From contig CAYGCN010000001.1 in assembly GCA_964348385.1 (NCBI GenBank), forward strand, positions 537 to 64,536: a stretch of DNA of 64,000 nucleotides, in the 5' to 3' direction. Origin of the DNA: an uncultured Gemmatimonadaceae bacterium. GTDB lineage: Bacteria; Gemmatimonadota; Gemmatimonadetes; Gemmatimonadales; GWC2-71-9. Position 1 is the stretch's first letter; the number at the start of each line of letters is the position of its first letter. A model generated the notes under the pieces. The model saw only the letters and a program-made list of their open reading frames with translations, had not been told where the DNA came from and did not search any database. The translations under genes were made by a program, and so were the position numbers. Positions 35,759 through 47,729 of this stretch are shown here, one piece after another.

Positions 35759-36618
35759 GCGAGGTTCAGCGCCTGCACCGCGATTCGCTGACCGCGCTGG
35801 TCAATCAGGTGGACTCCCTCGCGCCGGGCACGATCCCCACCGATACGATCCCAACCGGCTTCGCTTCCCTGGACCAGGCCCTGGGTGGCGGCGTGCGACG
35901 CCGCGACCTGATCGGGCTGGGTGGCGACGTCGGCTCGGGGAAATCGTCGCTGGCCCTCGCCATCGCCCTTCGGTCGGCTTCGGCGGGATACCGTGTGAGC
36001 TTCTTCTCCGGTGAGATGGACGAGGATCGGCTGATGGAGCGGGCGGTGGCGCTGGAAGCCCGCGTCACCATTGACGAGATGCGCAGCGCCAAGCTGTCGG
36101 AGACCAAGCGCGCTGCCATCGGTGCGGCCGCGCTCAAGTACCGTGACTTGGGCCTCCGCATCCATCCCATCGTGGGCCTCACGTTCGAGGAGGCGCTCGC
36201 GCCGGCGTGGGACGACGAGCCGGTGCTGTTGGTGATCGACTATCTTCAGCTGCTGCCACCCCACACGCCGCGGGCCACTCAGGACGAGGACCTCGCCGCG
36301 ACGGTGCGGGCGTTGAAGACGCTGGCCCTGGAGCGGCGCATCGCCTGTTTCGTGGTGGCCCAACTCCCGCAACACGTCCACGCACGGCCCGATCCCCGGC
36401 CGACGCTCGACGACTTCGGTGCGCTGGGCTCGGTCAAGCAGCACGCCGACGTCGTACTGGCGCTCTACCGAGAGGAGATGTACAAGCCGGGAGGTGGCGT
36501 GGAAGGAGCGACGGAGCTTCGGATCGCCAAGAATCGGAACGGCCCCACCAGCTTCATCGATCTCTACTTCTACCAACAGTGGCTGCGGTTTGAGGACATG
36601 CTCGATCCGGAGCGATGA
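35755..36618 (+). CDS. DnaB-like helicase C-terminal (RecA-fold) domain protein lacking the DnaB N-terminal domain
   Basis: 287 aa. IPTGFASLDQALGGG, Walker A GGDVGSGKSSLAL, Walker B VLLVIDYLQLL, then RALKTLALERRIACFVVAQL, LDDFGALGSVKQHADVVLALYREEMY and ELRIAKNRNGPT. All of these are collinear with DnaB motifs H1 to H4. Confidence 0.75.
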   Translation: MSEVQRLHRDSLTALVNQVDSLAPGTIPTDTIPTGFASLDQALGGGVRRRDLIGLGGDVGSGKSSLALAIALRSASAGYRVSFFSGEMDEDRLMERAVALEARVTIDEMRSAKLSETKRAAIGAAALKYRDLGLRIHPIVGLTFEEALAPAWDDEPVLLVIDYLQLLPPHTPRATQDEDLAATVRALKTLALERRIACFVVAQLPQHVHARPDPRPTLDDFGALGSVKQHADVVLALYREEMYKPGGGVEGATELRIAKNRNGPTSFIDLYFYQQWLRFEDMLDPER

Positions 36619-36630
36619 TCTCAGCCGAGC

Positions 36631-37563
36631 CTATCTCCGCTCCATCGCCGCAGCCGCCAGTCGGGTGCGTTCCGTTTCCCACCGCACCCACACCACTGCG
36701 CCGAGAATCACCCCCATCGCCGCGAAGGTCCGGATCGAGACGTGCTCGTCCAGCACGGCCCACCCGAGGAGTACCGCGACGACGGTGTTCACGTATACCG
36801 ACGTCCCGACGAACGTCGGGGAGGCGTGCCGCAACAAGTACACGTAGCTTGTGAACGCGATGACGGAGCCGAAGACGATCAGATAGAGCACCGCACCGAC
36901 CCCCGCTGCCGACAGCGCCAGGGAGCCTGCCTCCCCCCGCAGGAGGCCCAGCAGTGCCAACACGGCGCCGCCCGCCAGCATCTGGAGCGCCGCGTGCACA
37001 TACGGCGGGGTATCGACCGGATGGCGCTTGGAGTAGATGGACCCCAGGGCCCAGGACGCCGACGCGACGAGGAGCGCGACGGCACCCCACAGGGCGGCGA
37101 CCCCGAACGTCCCGAGCGTATCACCCACGAGGAGAACCGTCCCGGCGAAGCCGACCAGCAGGCCAGTCACCTGTCGCGCCGTCGGGCGAGTCTCGCTCCC
37201 CGGAATCAGCGCATCGAACAGCGCCATCCACAGCGCGCCCGTCACGATCAGGATGGCGGCGAAGCCCGACTCCACCGTCTGCTCCGCCCAGATGACGAGT
37301 CCGTTGCCGATCGTGAGCAGCAGGATCCCGACCACGGCGGCGGTCCGCCAATCGCGGGCGCGCGTCGGGAGGCGGCGTCGGCGCAGTCGTGCAATGGCGA
37401 GGAGAATGGTCCCGGCAGCCACGAACCGGATCCCCCCAAACAGGGCGGGCGGGAGATGCTGCACCCCGATCCGGATCGCCAGGTACGTCGATCCCCAGAT
37501 CAGACTGATGGTGATGTAGGCCGCCAGAACACGGCCGGAGAGCGTGCGCATATTGGCTGGCAT
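36631..37563 (-). CDS. EamA/DMT-family transporter
   Basis: The last 310 codons of track ORF 36631..38442 (MPANMRTLSG...). Ten hydrophobic segments and two EamA-like halves. Confidence 0.8.
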   Translation of the reverse strand: MPANMRTLSGRVLAAYITISLIWGSTYLAIRIGVQHLPPALFGGIRFVAAGTILLAIARLRRRRLPTRARDWRTAAVVGILLLTIGNGLVIWAEQTVESGFAAILIVTGALWMALFDALIPGSETRPTARQVTGLLVGFAGTVLLVGDTLGTFGVAALWGAVALLVASASWALGSIYSKRHPVDTPPYVHAALQMLAGGAVLALLGLLRGEAGSLALSAAGVGAVLYLIVFGSVIAFTSYVYLLRHASPTFVGTSVYVNTVVAVLLGWAVLDEHVSIRTFAAMGVILGAVVWVRWETERTRLAAAAMERR

Positions 37564-37761
37564 CCGGTGCAGCGGTCGTGCGCGGGTGGAGATTCGTGAC
37601 GCGCCAAGCGTAGTGACACCCACTCGGGCCGGCAAGGCGCAGCGCTTCCGCGTCGCTGGCCGCGTATATTTCGGCGGCATCACGTCGTGGCGACGCCGCG
37701 CGGCGGTGCGAGCGGACTTCCGACCGGGCGGCGGCTCGGTGAGCACCACTGGAGGACTGGC

Positions 37762-38511
37762 ATGGCCGGCCACAGCAAGTGGAAGCAGATCAAGCACAAG
37801 AAGGCCGCGGCCGACGCCAAGCGCGGCGCGAAATTCACCAAACTCATCAAGGAGATCACCGTCGCCGCGCGCCAGGGAGGCGGGGACCCCGCCGGTAACG
37901 CGCGGCTGCGGACCGCGATCGCCAACGCTAAGACCGAGAACATGCCGGCCGACAACATCGATCGGGCGATCAAGAAGGGCACCGGCGAGCTGGAGGGCGT
38001 GACCTACGAGGAGGCCAGCTACGAGGGCTACGGACCGGGCGGGGTCGCCGTGTTCGTGCAGGTGACCAGTGACAATCTCAATCGGACCGTGGCGGCCGTC
38101 CGGCACATCTTCTCCAAGAATGGCGGGAGCCTCGGCGAGCCCAACTCGGTGGCCTGGCTGTTCGACAAGCGGGGCCTGATCTACGTCGACGCCGCCCGCT
38201 ATCCCGAAGACGTCGCCATGGAAGCGGCACTCGAGGCCGGCGCCGAGGATCTCACCACCGAAGACGGCCAGCATGTCATCACCACACGGCCGACCACACT
38301 CCACGCCGTGCGGGACGCCCTTGCCGAGCGCGGCATCGAGCCGGACGAGGCCGAGATCGGCATGAGCCCGACCTCGACGGTGCACATCGAGGGGAAGGAG
38401 GCCGAGCAGATGTTGCGGCTGCTGGACGCCTTGGAGGAGCACGACGACGTGTCCAAGGTGTTCAGCAACTTCGATATCGACGCGGAAACCCTCGCGGCGG
38501 TCGAGGGGTGA
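37762..38511 (+). CDS. yebC: YebC/PmpR-family transcriptional regulator
   Basis: Trimmed to the ATG at 37762 (GGAGGA upstream). The hallmark [23 protein letters not shown]-type N-terminus is present. Confidence 0.9.
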   Translation: MAGHSKWKQIKHKKAAADAKRGAKFTKLIKEITVAARQGGGDPAGNARLRTAIANAKTENMPADNIDRAIKKGTGELEGVTYEEASYEGYGPGGVAVFVQVTSDNLNRTVAAVRHIFSKNGGSLGEPNSVAWLFDKRGLIYVDAARYPEDVAMEAALEAGAEDLTTEDGQHVITTRPTTLHAVRDALAERGIEPDEAEIGMSPTSTVHIEGKEAEQMLRLLDALEEHDDVSKVFSNFDIDAETLAAVEG

Positions 38512-38996
38512 CCGTTCGGGTCCTCGGCATCGATCCCGGCACGACGGTCACGGGATACGGTGTCGTCGAGCCGGCGGACGGTCGGCTCGGTCACCTCATC
38601 GAGTGCGGCGTGATTCGAACGGCAGCCCGCGAGCCCCTGTGGACGCGGCTCGAGACCCTCCACCAAGGAATCACCGAGCTGATCGCAACCCATCGACCCG
38701 GTGTCCTGGCGCTGGAGAGCGTGTTCTACGCGAAGAACGTGCGAACGACGCTCACGCTGGGGCACGCGCGTGGTGTCATCCTCCTGGCGGCGGCACAGGG
38801 CGGCCTCGAGGTGGCGGAGTTCCCGCCGGCGACGGTCAAGAAGACCATCGTGGGTTCCGGAGGGGCCGCAAAGGCCCAGGTGGGGTTCATGGTGCAGCGG
38901 CTGCTCCAGCTCGCCGCGCCACCCGCCCCGGACGATGCCGCGGACGGCGTGGCGCTGGCCCTCACGTACCTCCTGACCCTGGCGCGCCGCCGATGA
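38508..38996 (+). CDS. ruvC: Crossover junction endodeoxyribonuclease RuvC
   Basis: [40 protein letters not shown] overlap with yebC. Confidence 0.9.
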   Translation: MTVRVLGIDPGTTVTGYGVVEPADGRLGHLIECGVIRTAAREPLWTRLETLHQGITELIATHRPGVLALESVFYAKNVRTTLTLGHARGVILLAAAQGGLEVAEFPPATVKKTIVGSGGAAKAQVGFMVQRLLQLAAPPAPDDAADGVALALTYLLTLARRR

Positions 38997-39586
38997 TCGC
39001 GGGGGTGCGCGGCGTGCTTCACGCCAAGACGGGAGACCGCGTGCTGGTCGTGACGGATGGCGGGGTCACGTATGAGATCGCCGTGCCGCTCGGCGTGCTG
39101 GAGACCATGCCGGCGGTCGGCAACCGGGTGGAGCTCAAGACTGTGCTCGTGGTGCGCGATGACGGCTGGCTGCTGTTCGGCTTCGATGAAGATCACGAGC
39201 GGGCGTTGTTCCAACGGCTCCTCGGTGCCACGGGGGTGGGACCCAGGCTGGCGCTGGCCCTCGTCTCCACGTTGGGCGGTGCCCGGGTGGTGCGGTCGAT
39301 CAAGGAAGGCGATCTCGCGGCGCTGTGTACCGTGCCCGGCGTTGGCAAGAAGACGGCCGAGCGCATCGTCGTCGAGTTGAAGGACCGGCTCCGGGACATC
39401 GCGGCGCCGGGCGCGCCGGAAACCGCCGGCGCACCGACCGAGCAGGCCGTCCAGGCGCTCGTGAACCTCGGGTACCCGTCGGTCGAGGCGGAACGGGCCG
39501 TCCGCGCGGTCCTGGCCGAGGGGGAGCAGGCGCAGGCGGTTGACCTGATTCGCGGCGCGCTACATCTGTTAACAAAACGAAAGTGA
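38993..39586 (+). CDS. ruvA: Holliday junction branch migration complex subunit RuvA
   Basis: Within track ORF 38603..39586. ATG at 38993 (MIAGVRGVL...). Helix-hairpin-helix motif PGVGKKTAERIV. ATGA overlap with ruvC. Confidence 0.9.
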   Translation: MIAGVRGVLHAKTGDRVLVVTDGGVTYEIAVPLGVLETMPAVGNRVELKTVLVVRDDGWLLFGFDEDHERALFQRLLGATGVGPRLALALVSTLGGARVVRSIKEGDLAALCTVPGVGKKTAERIVVELKDRLRDIAAPGAPETAGAPTEQAVQALVNLGYPSVEAERAVRAVLAEGEQAQAVDLIRGALHLLTKRK

Positions 39587-39759
39587 TCGAGGCGATGCAG
39601 ACCGCAGAGTGGAATTGCACGAAGTGCGGCGTGACCAACCGGAAGCTGGTAGACGCCGATCAACACGAGGCGACTGATCGGTGTGTGACGTGTCATGCCC
39701 GGCACCGGCTCACCCGAGACGCCAGGCCGGTGCGCTGGAACGCCGTGGCGAAGTCGTGA
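39583..39759 (+). CDS. Unlisted 58-aa zinc-ribbon-like ORF between ruvA and ruvB
   Basis: Below the track's size cut-off. GTG at 39583 overlaps the ruvA stop as GTGA; an alternative ATG lies at 39595. Its TGA (39757-39759) overlaps the ruvB GTG as GTGA. Translation: (MIEA)[54 protein letters not shown], with CxxC...CxxC. About 80 percent of codon third positions are G or C by hand count. Confidence 0.5.
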   Translation: MIEAMQTAEWNCTKCGVTNRKLVDADQHEATDRCVTCHARHRLTRDARPVRWNAVAKS

Positions 39760-40791
39760 GTCGCGCGCAGATCACCACCCCGGAGATCCTCCCCGAAGAG
39801 GCGTCGGCCGAGCAGTCGTTGCGGCCGTCGCAACTGAGCGAGTTCGTGGGGCAGGCAACCGTCAAGGAAAGCCTGCAGATCGCCATCGACGCGGCGAAGC
39901 AGCGGGGCGAGCCGCTGGACCACATCCTGTTCTTCGGCCCCCCCGGTCTCGGCAAGACCACGCTGGCCATTCTCCTCGCGCGCGAGATGGGGGTGAACAT
40001 CCGCACGACCAGCGGGCCCGTGTTGGAGAAAGCCGGTGATCTCGTGGGCCTGCTCACCACGCTGCGCCGAGGCGACGTCCTGTTTATCGACGAGATTCAC
40101 CGCCTCCGGCCTGCCCTCGAGGAATTCCTCTATCCGGCCATGGAGGACTTCCGGGTCGACGTCCGCATCGCCGAGGGCCCCAACGCGCAGACCATCCCCA
40201 TGAGCATCGAGCCCTTTACCCTGGTGGGCGCCTCGACGCGATACGGGATGCTGACACCGCCGATGCGGGCACGCTTCGGGATGGTCGAGCGGCTCGGGTA
40301 CTACCCAGCCGAGGATCTGGAGACGATCGTCGTGCGCTCGGCTGCCATTCTGGACGTGGGTGTCGATGCGGATGGGGCGCGCGAGATCGCCAAGCGGAGC
40401 CGCGGCACGCCCCGCGTCGCCAACCGGCTCCTCCGCCGCGTACGCGACTACGCACAAGTGCGCGCCGACGGGGCCATCACCCAGGCGGTGGCCGTGGCGG
40501 CGCTCAGCCGACTGAATGTCGACGAGTACGGGCTCGATGACATGGACGCCCGCATCCTGCAGATCATCATCGAGAAGTTCGACGGGGGTCCGGTGGGCCT
40601 GAACACCATCGCCGTGGCGGTCGGCGAAGACCCGGGAACGGTGGAGGAGGTGTACGAGCCGTTTCTCATCCAACAAGGCTTCCTGCACCGCACGCCGCGG
40701 GGCCGGACGGCGAGTCCGGGCGCGTACCGGCACTTCGGCTACACCCCGCCGTCCTCCGCGGGCGGCCAAGCGTCGATGTTCGACGGGGCCG

Positions 40792-40799
<8 letters not shown>
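39756..40799 (+). CDS. ruvB: Holliday junction branch migration DNA helicase RuvB
   Basis: Trimmed to the GTG at 39756. [12 protein letters not shown], Walker [21 protein letters not shown]. Confidence 0.9.
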
Positions 40800-43274
<2,475 letters not shown>

Positions 43275-43278
<4 letters not shown>

Positions 43279-43820
43279 CCCTGCTTCCGATTCACCTCCT
43301 GGGTTCACCAATCCTGCGTCAGCGCGCAACTGAGGTCGAGGACGTGGATGATGAGGTCAGAGAACTGGTGCAGAACCTGTTCGACACCATGCATGCCGAC
43401 AGCGGGATCGGCCTGGCGGCCAATCAAGTCGGCATCGCCCGGCGGGTCGCGGTGGTCCAGACGGAGGAAGACGACCCCGTCGTGCTGATCGATCCGGTCA
43501 TTCTCGAGCGGGAGGGGAAAGTCCGTGGGGAGGAGGGCTGCCTGTCGATCCCCGATATCTTCGCCGATGTCGATCGGTCGCAGCGGGTCGTCGTCGAGAC
43601 GGCCTCCCTCGACGGTGAGCGGGTGCAGGTCGAGGCCACGGACCTCCTCGCCCGCGTGATCCAACACGAGATCGACCATCTGGACGGCGTCCTGTTCCTG
43701 GACCACCTGAGTCCGTTGAAGCGTCGCATGCTGCTGCAGAAGTGGCGCCGCCTGCGAAAGGGCCAGGAGGGGTACCTGAAGCACGTGTCGACCCCGAGCG
43801 AGTCCCCGTCGAGGATCTGA
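43275..43820 (+). CDS. def: Peptide deformylase
   Basis: GIGLAANQVG, EGCLSIP, HEIDHLDG. ATGA overlap with yajC. Confidence 0.9.
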
Positions 43821-43822
43821 TC

Positions 43823-44752
43823 GTGCGGATCGTCTTCTTCGGCACTCCGGAGTTCGCCGTTCCATCGCTGCGGGCCCTGCTCGGCGAGGGGTTCGACGTC
43901 GCCGGGGTCATCACCCAACCGGACCGCCCAAAGGGACGCTCCCGTTCGCGCACCGTGCCCTCGGCCGTGCATGTGGCGGCCAAGGAAGCGGACATCCCGG
44001 TCTTTCAGCCCGACACCCCAAATACGCCCGAGACCGTCGACCTGCTCCGGCGCCTCGAGCCCCACGTCGGCGTCGTGGTGGCCTACGGGCACATCCTGAA
44101 GCAGGACCTGCTGGACGTGCCGACGACGGGGATGCTCAACGTCCATGCCTCACTCTTGCCGGCGCTGCGCGGCGCCGCCCCGATCGAGCATGCGATTCTC
44201 ACCGGTCTCGACACAACGGGGATCTCGGTGATGCGCATGGTCGCGCGCATGGATGCCGGCCCGGTCGCCATCCAGGTGCCTACCCCCATCGCGCCCGACG
44301 AAACGGGCGGTGAGCTCACCGTTCGGTTGGCAGAGCTCGGAGCGCTCGCCTTGGTCGAGGCCCTGGCCCTCATCGACACCGACGCCGCCGTCTGGCACGA
44401 GCAGGATCACGAGCATGCCACGTTCGCACCGAAGATCACGCGAGAGATGGCGTCCATTCGGTGGGAAGAGCCGGCCACGCGCATTGCGCGGCAGGCTCGC
44501 GCGTTCGACCCGCGACCGGGCGCCTGGACCACGCTCGGCGATCGCGAAGTGAAGCTCTTCGGACCCGTCCTGGGCGTCGAGCCGACTCACGGCGCGCCCG
44601 GGGAGATCGTCGAGACGGACCCGGCACTCATCGTGGCCACGGGCGAGGGCGCCGTCCAGTTTCTGGACGTCCAGCCCGCGGGCAGGCCGCGGATGGCCGC
44701 CGCCGACTGGATCCGCGGACGGGGCGCGGCGAAGGGAGATAGGTTCGCCTGA
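43823..44752 (+). CDS. fmt: Methionyl-tRNA formyltransferase
   Basis: Trimmed to the GTG at 43823 (VRIVFFGTPEFAVPSL). NVHASLLPALRGAAPI. Confidence 0.9.
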   Translation: MRIVFFGTPEFAVPSLRALLGEGFDVAGVITQPDRPKGRSRSRTVPSAVHVAAKEADIPVFQPDTPNTPETVDLLRRLEPHVGVVVAYGHILKQDLLDVPTTGMLNVHASLLPALRGAAPIEHAILTGLDTTGISVMRMVARMDAGPVAIQVPTPIAPDETGGELTVRLAELGALALVEALALIDTDAAVWHEQDHEHATFAPKITREMASIRWEEPATRIARQARAFDPRPGAWTTLGDREVKLFGPVLGVEPTHGAPGEIVETDPALIVATGEGAVQFLDVQPAGRPRMAAADWIRGRGAAKGDRFA

Positions 44753-45369
44753 CTCGGGAGCCCCCACGCCTGCACGCGGTCACCAACGATCAGATCCTGG
44801 CTCTCCCCGATCTTCTCGATCGCGCAGCACACATCAGGGCTGCGGGACCGGTGGCGCTTCAGCTTCGATCACGCGCCACCGCCGCCGGGCCGCTGGTGCG
44901 ATTGGCGCGAGCGCTACGCTGGCCTGCCACATTGCTCTTCGTGAACGACCGCGCCGATCTCGCTCGCGCCCTTGGCGCTGCCGGCGTGCATCTCCCAAGT
45001 CGCGGCTTGTCTGTCGCCGACGCTCGCCGACTGCTCGGGTCCGACGCCGTCATCGGTCGTTCCACCCACTCCGCCGCGGAGGCGCGGACCGCGTGGAACG
45101 AAGGCGCAGACTACGTGTTCCTGGGCCCGATCTGGGAAACGAGCTCGCACCCGGGGCGACCCGCGCTCGGCCCCGCCGTCATCGAGCGCGCGGCACCGGC
45201 GCGCGTCATTGCCATCGGCGGCGTGACCCCTGCACGCGTGGAGCAGTGCCTGAACGCGGGGGCGTGGGGTGTGGCAGCCATTTCGGCGCTGTGGATGGCA
45301 GCCGATCCCGCTGCGATGGCCGAGCACATGTTGCTATGTTTATCGAGAGGGACGAACGACCCAGACTGA
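44749..45369 (+). CDS. Thiamine-phosphate synthase family protein (ThiE/TenI-like), probable CTG start
   Basis: The track starts at GTG 44851. The 34 in-frame codons upstream (stop at 44740-44742) encode (L)TREPPRLHAVTNDQILALPDLLDRAAHIRAAGP, which looks like a typical ThiE/TenI N-terminus. They contain no ATG, GTG or TTG. CTG at 44749 overlaps the fmt TGA as CTGA. VNDRADLA and IAIGGV motifs are present. Confidence 0.7.
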   Translation: MTREPPRLHAVTNDQILALPDLLDRAAHIRAAGPVALQLRSRATAAGPLVRLARALRWPATLLFVNDRADLARALGAAGVHLPSRGLSVADARRLLGSDAVIGRSTHSAAEARTAWNEGADYVFLGPIWETSSHPGRPALGPAVIERAAPARVIAIGGVTPARVEQCLNAGAWGVAAISALWMAADPAAMAEHMLLCLSRGTNDPD

Positions 45370-45421
45370 CACGAGAACCGACACGGCAGCTACCCGATCC
45401 GGCAGCACAGACCCCTTCGAC

Positions 45422-45634
45422 ATGACGGACGCCATCACCCTCACGGTCAACGGCAAGGAGCAGAGCATCGGCGCGAATGCGTCGCTCGGAGATCTCTTGG
45501 AGCAGCTCGACCTCGACCCGCGGGCCGTGGTGGTGGAACTGAATCGCGCGATCGTGCGACGGCCGGACCTCGACACCACGCGTCTCGAGAACGGCGACCG
45601 GGTGGAGGTGGTGCATTTCGTCGGCGGCGGCTGA
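45422..45634 (+). CDS. thiS: Sulfur-carrier protein ThiS
   Basis: ATG at 45422 within track ORF 45269..45634. 70 aa ending ...VEVVHFVGGG (C-terminal Gly-Gly). Confidence 0.85.
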   Translation: MTDAITLTVNGKEQSIGANASLGDLLEQLDLDPRAVVVELNRAIVRRPDLDTTRLENGDRVEVVHFVGGG

Positions 45635-45668
45635 GTCTTACGCCACCGTCGGCGCGGAAGGAACTTCG

Positions 45669-46466
45669 ATGAGCAAGCACGTCCTGGCGGCGAAAGACGA
45701 GCAACTCCGTATCGGCGATCGGACCTTTCGATCCCGGCTCATGGTCGGCACCGGGAAGTACCGTGACAATGCTACCATGGTGCGCGCCATCGAGGCGTCC
45801 GGAGCCGAAGTGGTCACGGTGGCCGTGCGGCGCGTCGACCTCGATCGAACGAAGGAAGAGGGAGTCCTCCACCACCTGGACCCGAGCCACTATTTCCTGC
45901 TCGCCAACACGGCCGGCTGCTACACCGCGGAGGACGCGATCCGGTACGCGCGTCTCGCCCGCGAGGCCGGGTTCAACGAGTTCATCAAGCTCGAAGTGAT
46001 CGGCGACGAGGAAACACTCCTGCCCGACGTCGCTGGCCTGCTGCAGGCCGCCGAGATTCTCACGCGCGAGGGGTTCAAGGTGATGGCCTACACCAATGAA
46101 GACCTTGTGACCGCGTTGCGTCTCGAGGACGTGGGTTGCGCCGCGATCATGCCGCTCGCCTCGCCCATCGGAAGCGGCCTCGGCCTCATCAACCCCTACA
46201 CCATCCGAACGATCAAGCGGCGGGTGACCGCTCCGGTGATCGTGGATGCGGGCGTCGGCACCGCATCCGACGCGTGCATCACCATGGAGCAGGGTGTGGA
46301 TGGCATTCTCATGAACACCGCGCTCGCCGCGGCACAGCACCCGGTGACGATGGCCACGGCGATGCGCCATGCCGTGGAGGCCGGACGCCTGGCGTTCCTC
46401 GCGGGGCGAATGCCGACCCGCGACATCGCGGTACCTTCGAGCCCCGCGTCCGGCATGCTGGATTGA
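45669..46466 (+). CDS. thiG: Thiazole synthase ThiG
   Basis: SRLMVGTGKY, KLEVIGD, MPLASPIGSGLG, VIVDAGVGTASDA. Confidence 0.9.
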   Translation: MSKHVLAAKDEQLRIGDRTFRSRLMVGTGKYRDNATMVRAIEASGAEVVTVAVRRVDLDRTKEEGVLHHLDPSHYFLLANTAGCYTAEDAIRYARLAREAGFNEFIKLEVIGDEETLLPDVAGLLQAAEILTREGFKVMAYTNEDLVTALRLEDVGCAAIMPLASPIGSGLGLINPYTIRTIKRRVTAPVIVDAGVGTASDACITMEQGVDGILMNTALAAAQHPVTMATAMRHAVEAGRLAFLAGRMPTRDIAVPSSPASGMLD

Positions 46467-46469
46467 GTC

Positions 46470-47729
46470 GTGCCGTCGGGAGAGGCGGCACGGATCGCGG
46501 CGCTGTCGGTGCTGCGGCACGTCCGTGAGGGCCGCCGCTTCGACGACGCGCTGGACGAGGCCGTCACCGGATTGTCGGCGGCAGATCGGCGTCTGGCACA
46601 CGAAGTGGCGGCCGGCGTCCTGCGGCATCGGCACGAACTCGATCACCGCCTCCGCCCGCTCACCAGCTCGGCTTGGAAACGCGTGAACCCCGATGTGAAG
46701 GATCTGCTTCGCATCGGTGCGTACCAGCTGACCCACTTGGATCGGATCCCCGCCTACGCCGCGCTGTCCGCGACAGTGGAGGCGGCAAAGACCGCCGTCG
46801 GCCGCCGGCCGGCCGGCATGGTGAACGCGGTACTGCGCCGTCTGACCGCCAGCCATGAGCAGCCGGTCGCCCACGAGAGCACTCCCGATCTGGCCGAGCA
46901 GTACTCCCATCCTCGGTGGTTGGTCGCCCGCTGGCTCAGGCGCTACGGCACCGAGCGCACCGAGGCGCTGCTGCGTCACAACAATGTCCGGCCCGAGCTC
47001 ACTATCCGGCCGCTTCGCTGGGAGCGGGATCGCTTGCGTGCCGCGCTGGTCGCCGCCGCCGTGGACTTCGACGATGCGCCCTTCAATGCGGGGTTCGTGG
47101 TGCGCGCGTCCCCCGTGCGGTCGATTCCGGGGTTCGCCGATGGGGCATTCGTGGTGCAGGATCCGGCGCAGGCCGAACTCCTCCGGTTCGCGCGGCTCTC
47201 GGGCTCCGTCGACGTCTGGGACGCCTGTGCAGCACCGGGTGGCAAGGCGGCGGTGCTCGCGGCTGCGGGGTGCCGAGTCATCGCCTCGGACCGGGGACGG
47301 GCGCGTCTCACGCTCCTGCGCGAAACGCTGGGGCGCGGGGCGGAGCGCGTGCCGGTGCTGGCGGCGGACGCGTGCCGCCCCCCGTTCGCCCCCCTGAGTC
47401 TCGAGGCCGTGCTCATCGACGCGCCGTGCAGTGCCACGGGGACCCTGCGGCGCCACCCTGACGCCCGATGGCGACTCAGCGAGCGCCGCATCCACGAGTC
47501 GGCCCGGCGCCAGCGAGCCATCCTGGATGCCGCTGCCGAGGTGGTGGCCGACGGCGGACGTCTGGTGTACCTCACGTGTTCACTGGAACCGGAGGAGAAC
47601 GAGGCACAGGTGGACGGCTTTCTGCGGCGTCACGCGGGGTTCTATCGTGAAGGCGACGACCTGTCGATATTTCCTCCCGACTCCGGGACCGACGGTGGCT
47701 ACGGTGCACGTATGAGGCGACGCAAGTGA
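46470..47729 (+). CDS. rsmB: 16S rRNA (cytosine967-C5)-methyltransferase RsmB/Sun
   Basis: NusB-like N-terminal half, then DACAAPGGK, DAPCSATGTLRRHPD and YLTCSLEPEENE. Confidence 0.85.
   Translation: MPSGEAARIAALSVLRHVREGRRFDDALDEAVTGLSAADRRLAHEVAAGVLRHRHELDHRLRPLTSSAWKRVNPDVKDLLRIGAYQLTHLDRIPAYAALSATVEAAKTAVGRRPAGMVNAVLRRLTASHEQPVAHESTPDLAEQYSHPRWLVARWLRRYGTERTEALLRHNNVRPELTIRPLRWERDRLRAALVAAAVDFDDAPFNAGFVVRASPVRSIPGFADGAFVVQDPAQAELLRFARLSGSVDVWDACAAPGGKAAVLAAAGCRVIASDRGRARLTLLRETLGRGAERVPVLAADACRPPFAPLSLEAVLIDAPCSATGTLRRHPDARWRLSERRIHESARRQRAILDAAAEVVADGGRLVYLTCSLEPEENEAQVDGFLRRHAGFYREGDDLSIFPPDSGTDGGYGARMRRRK

Noticed and set aside
37564-37761. Promoter for yebC around TATATT (37665-37670); similar candidates upstream of the SDR gene (TTGCTG, 17 nt, CACATT near 16150-16178) and the CDF gene (TTGACA at 11378)
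   Set aside because: Each has only one good hexamer, or the partner hexamer is poor at 16-18 nt spacing. They are not strong enough to list as features.
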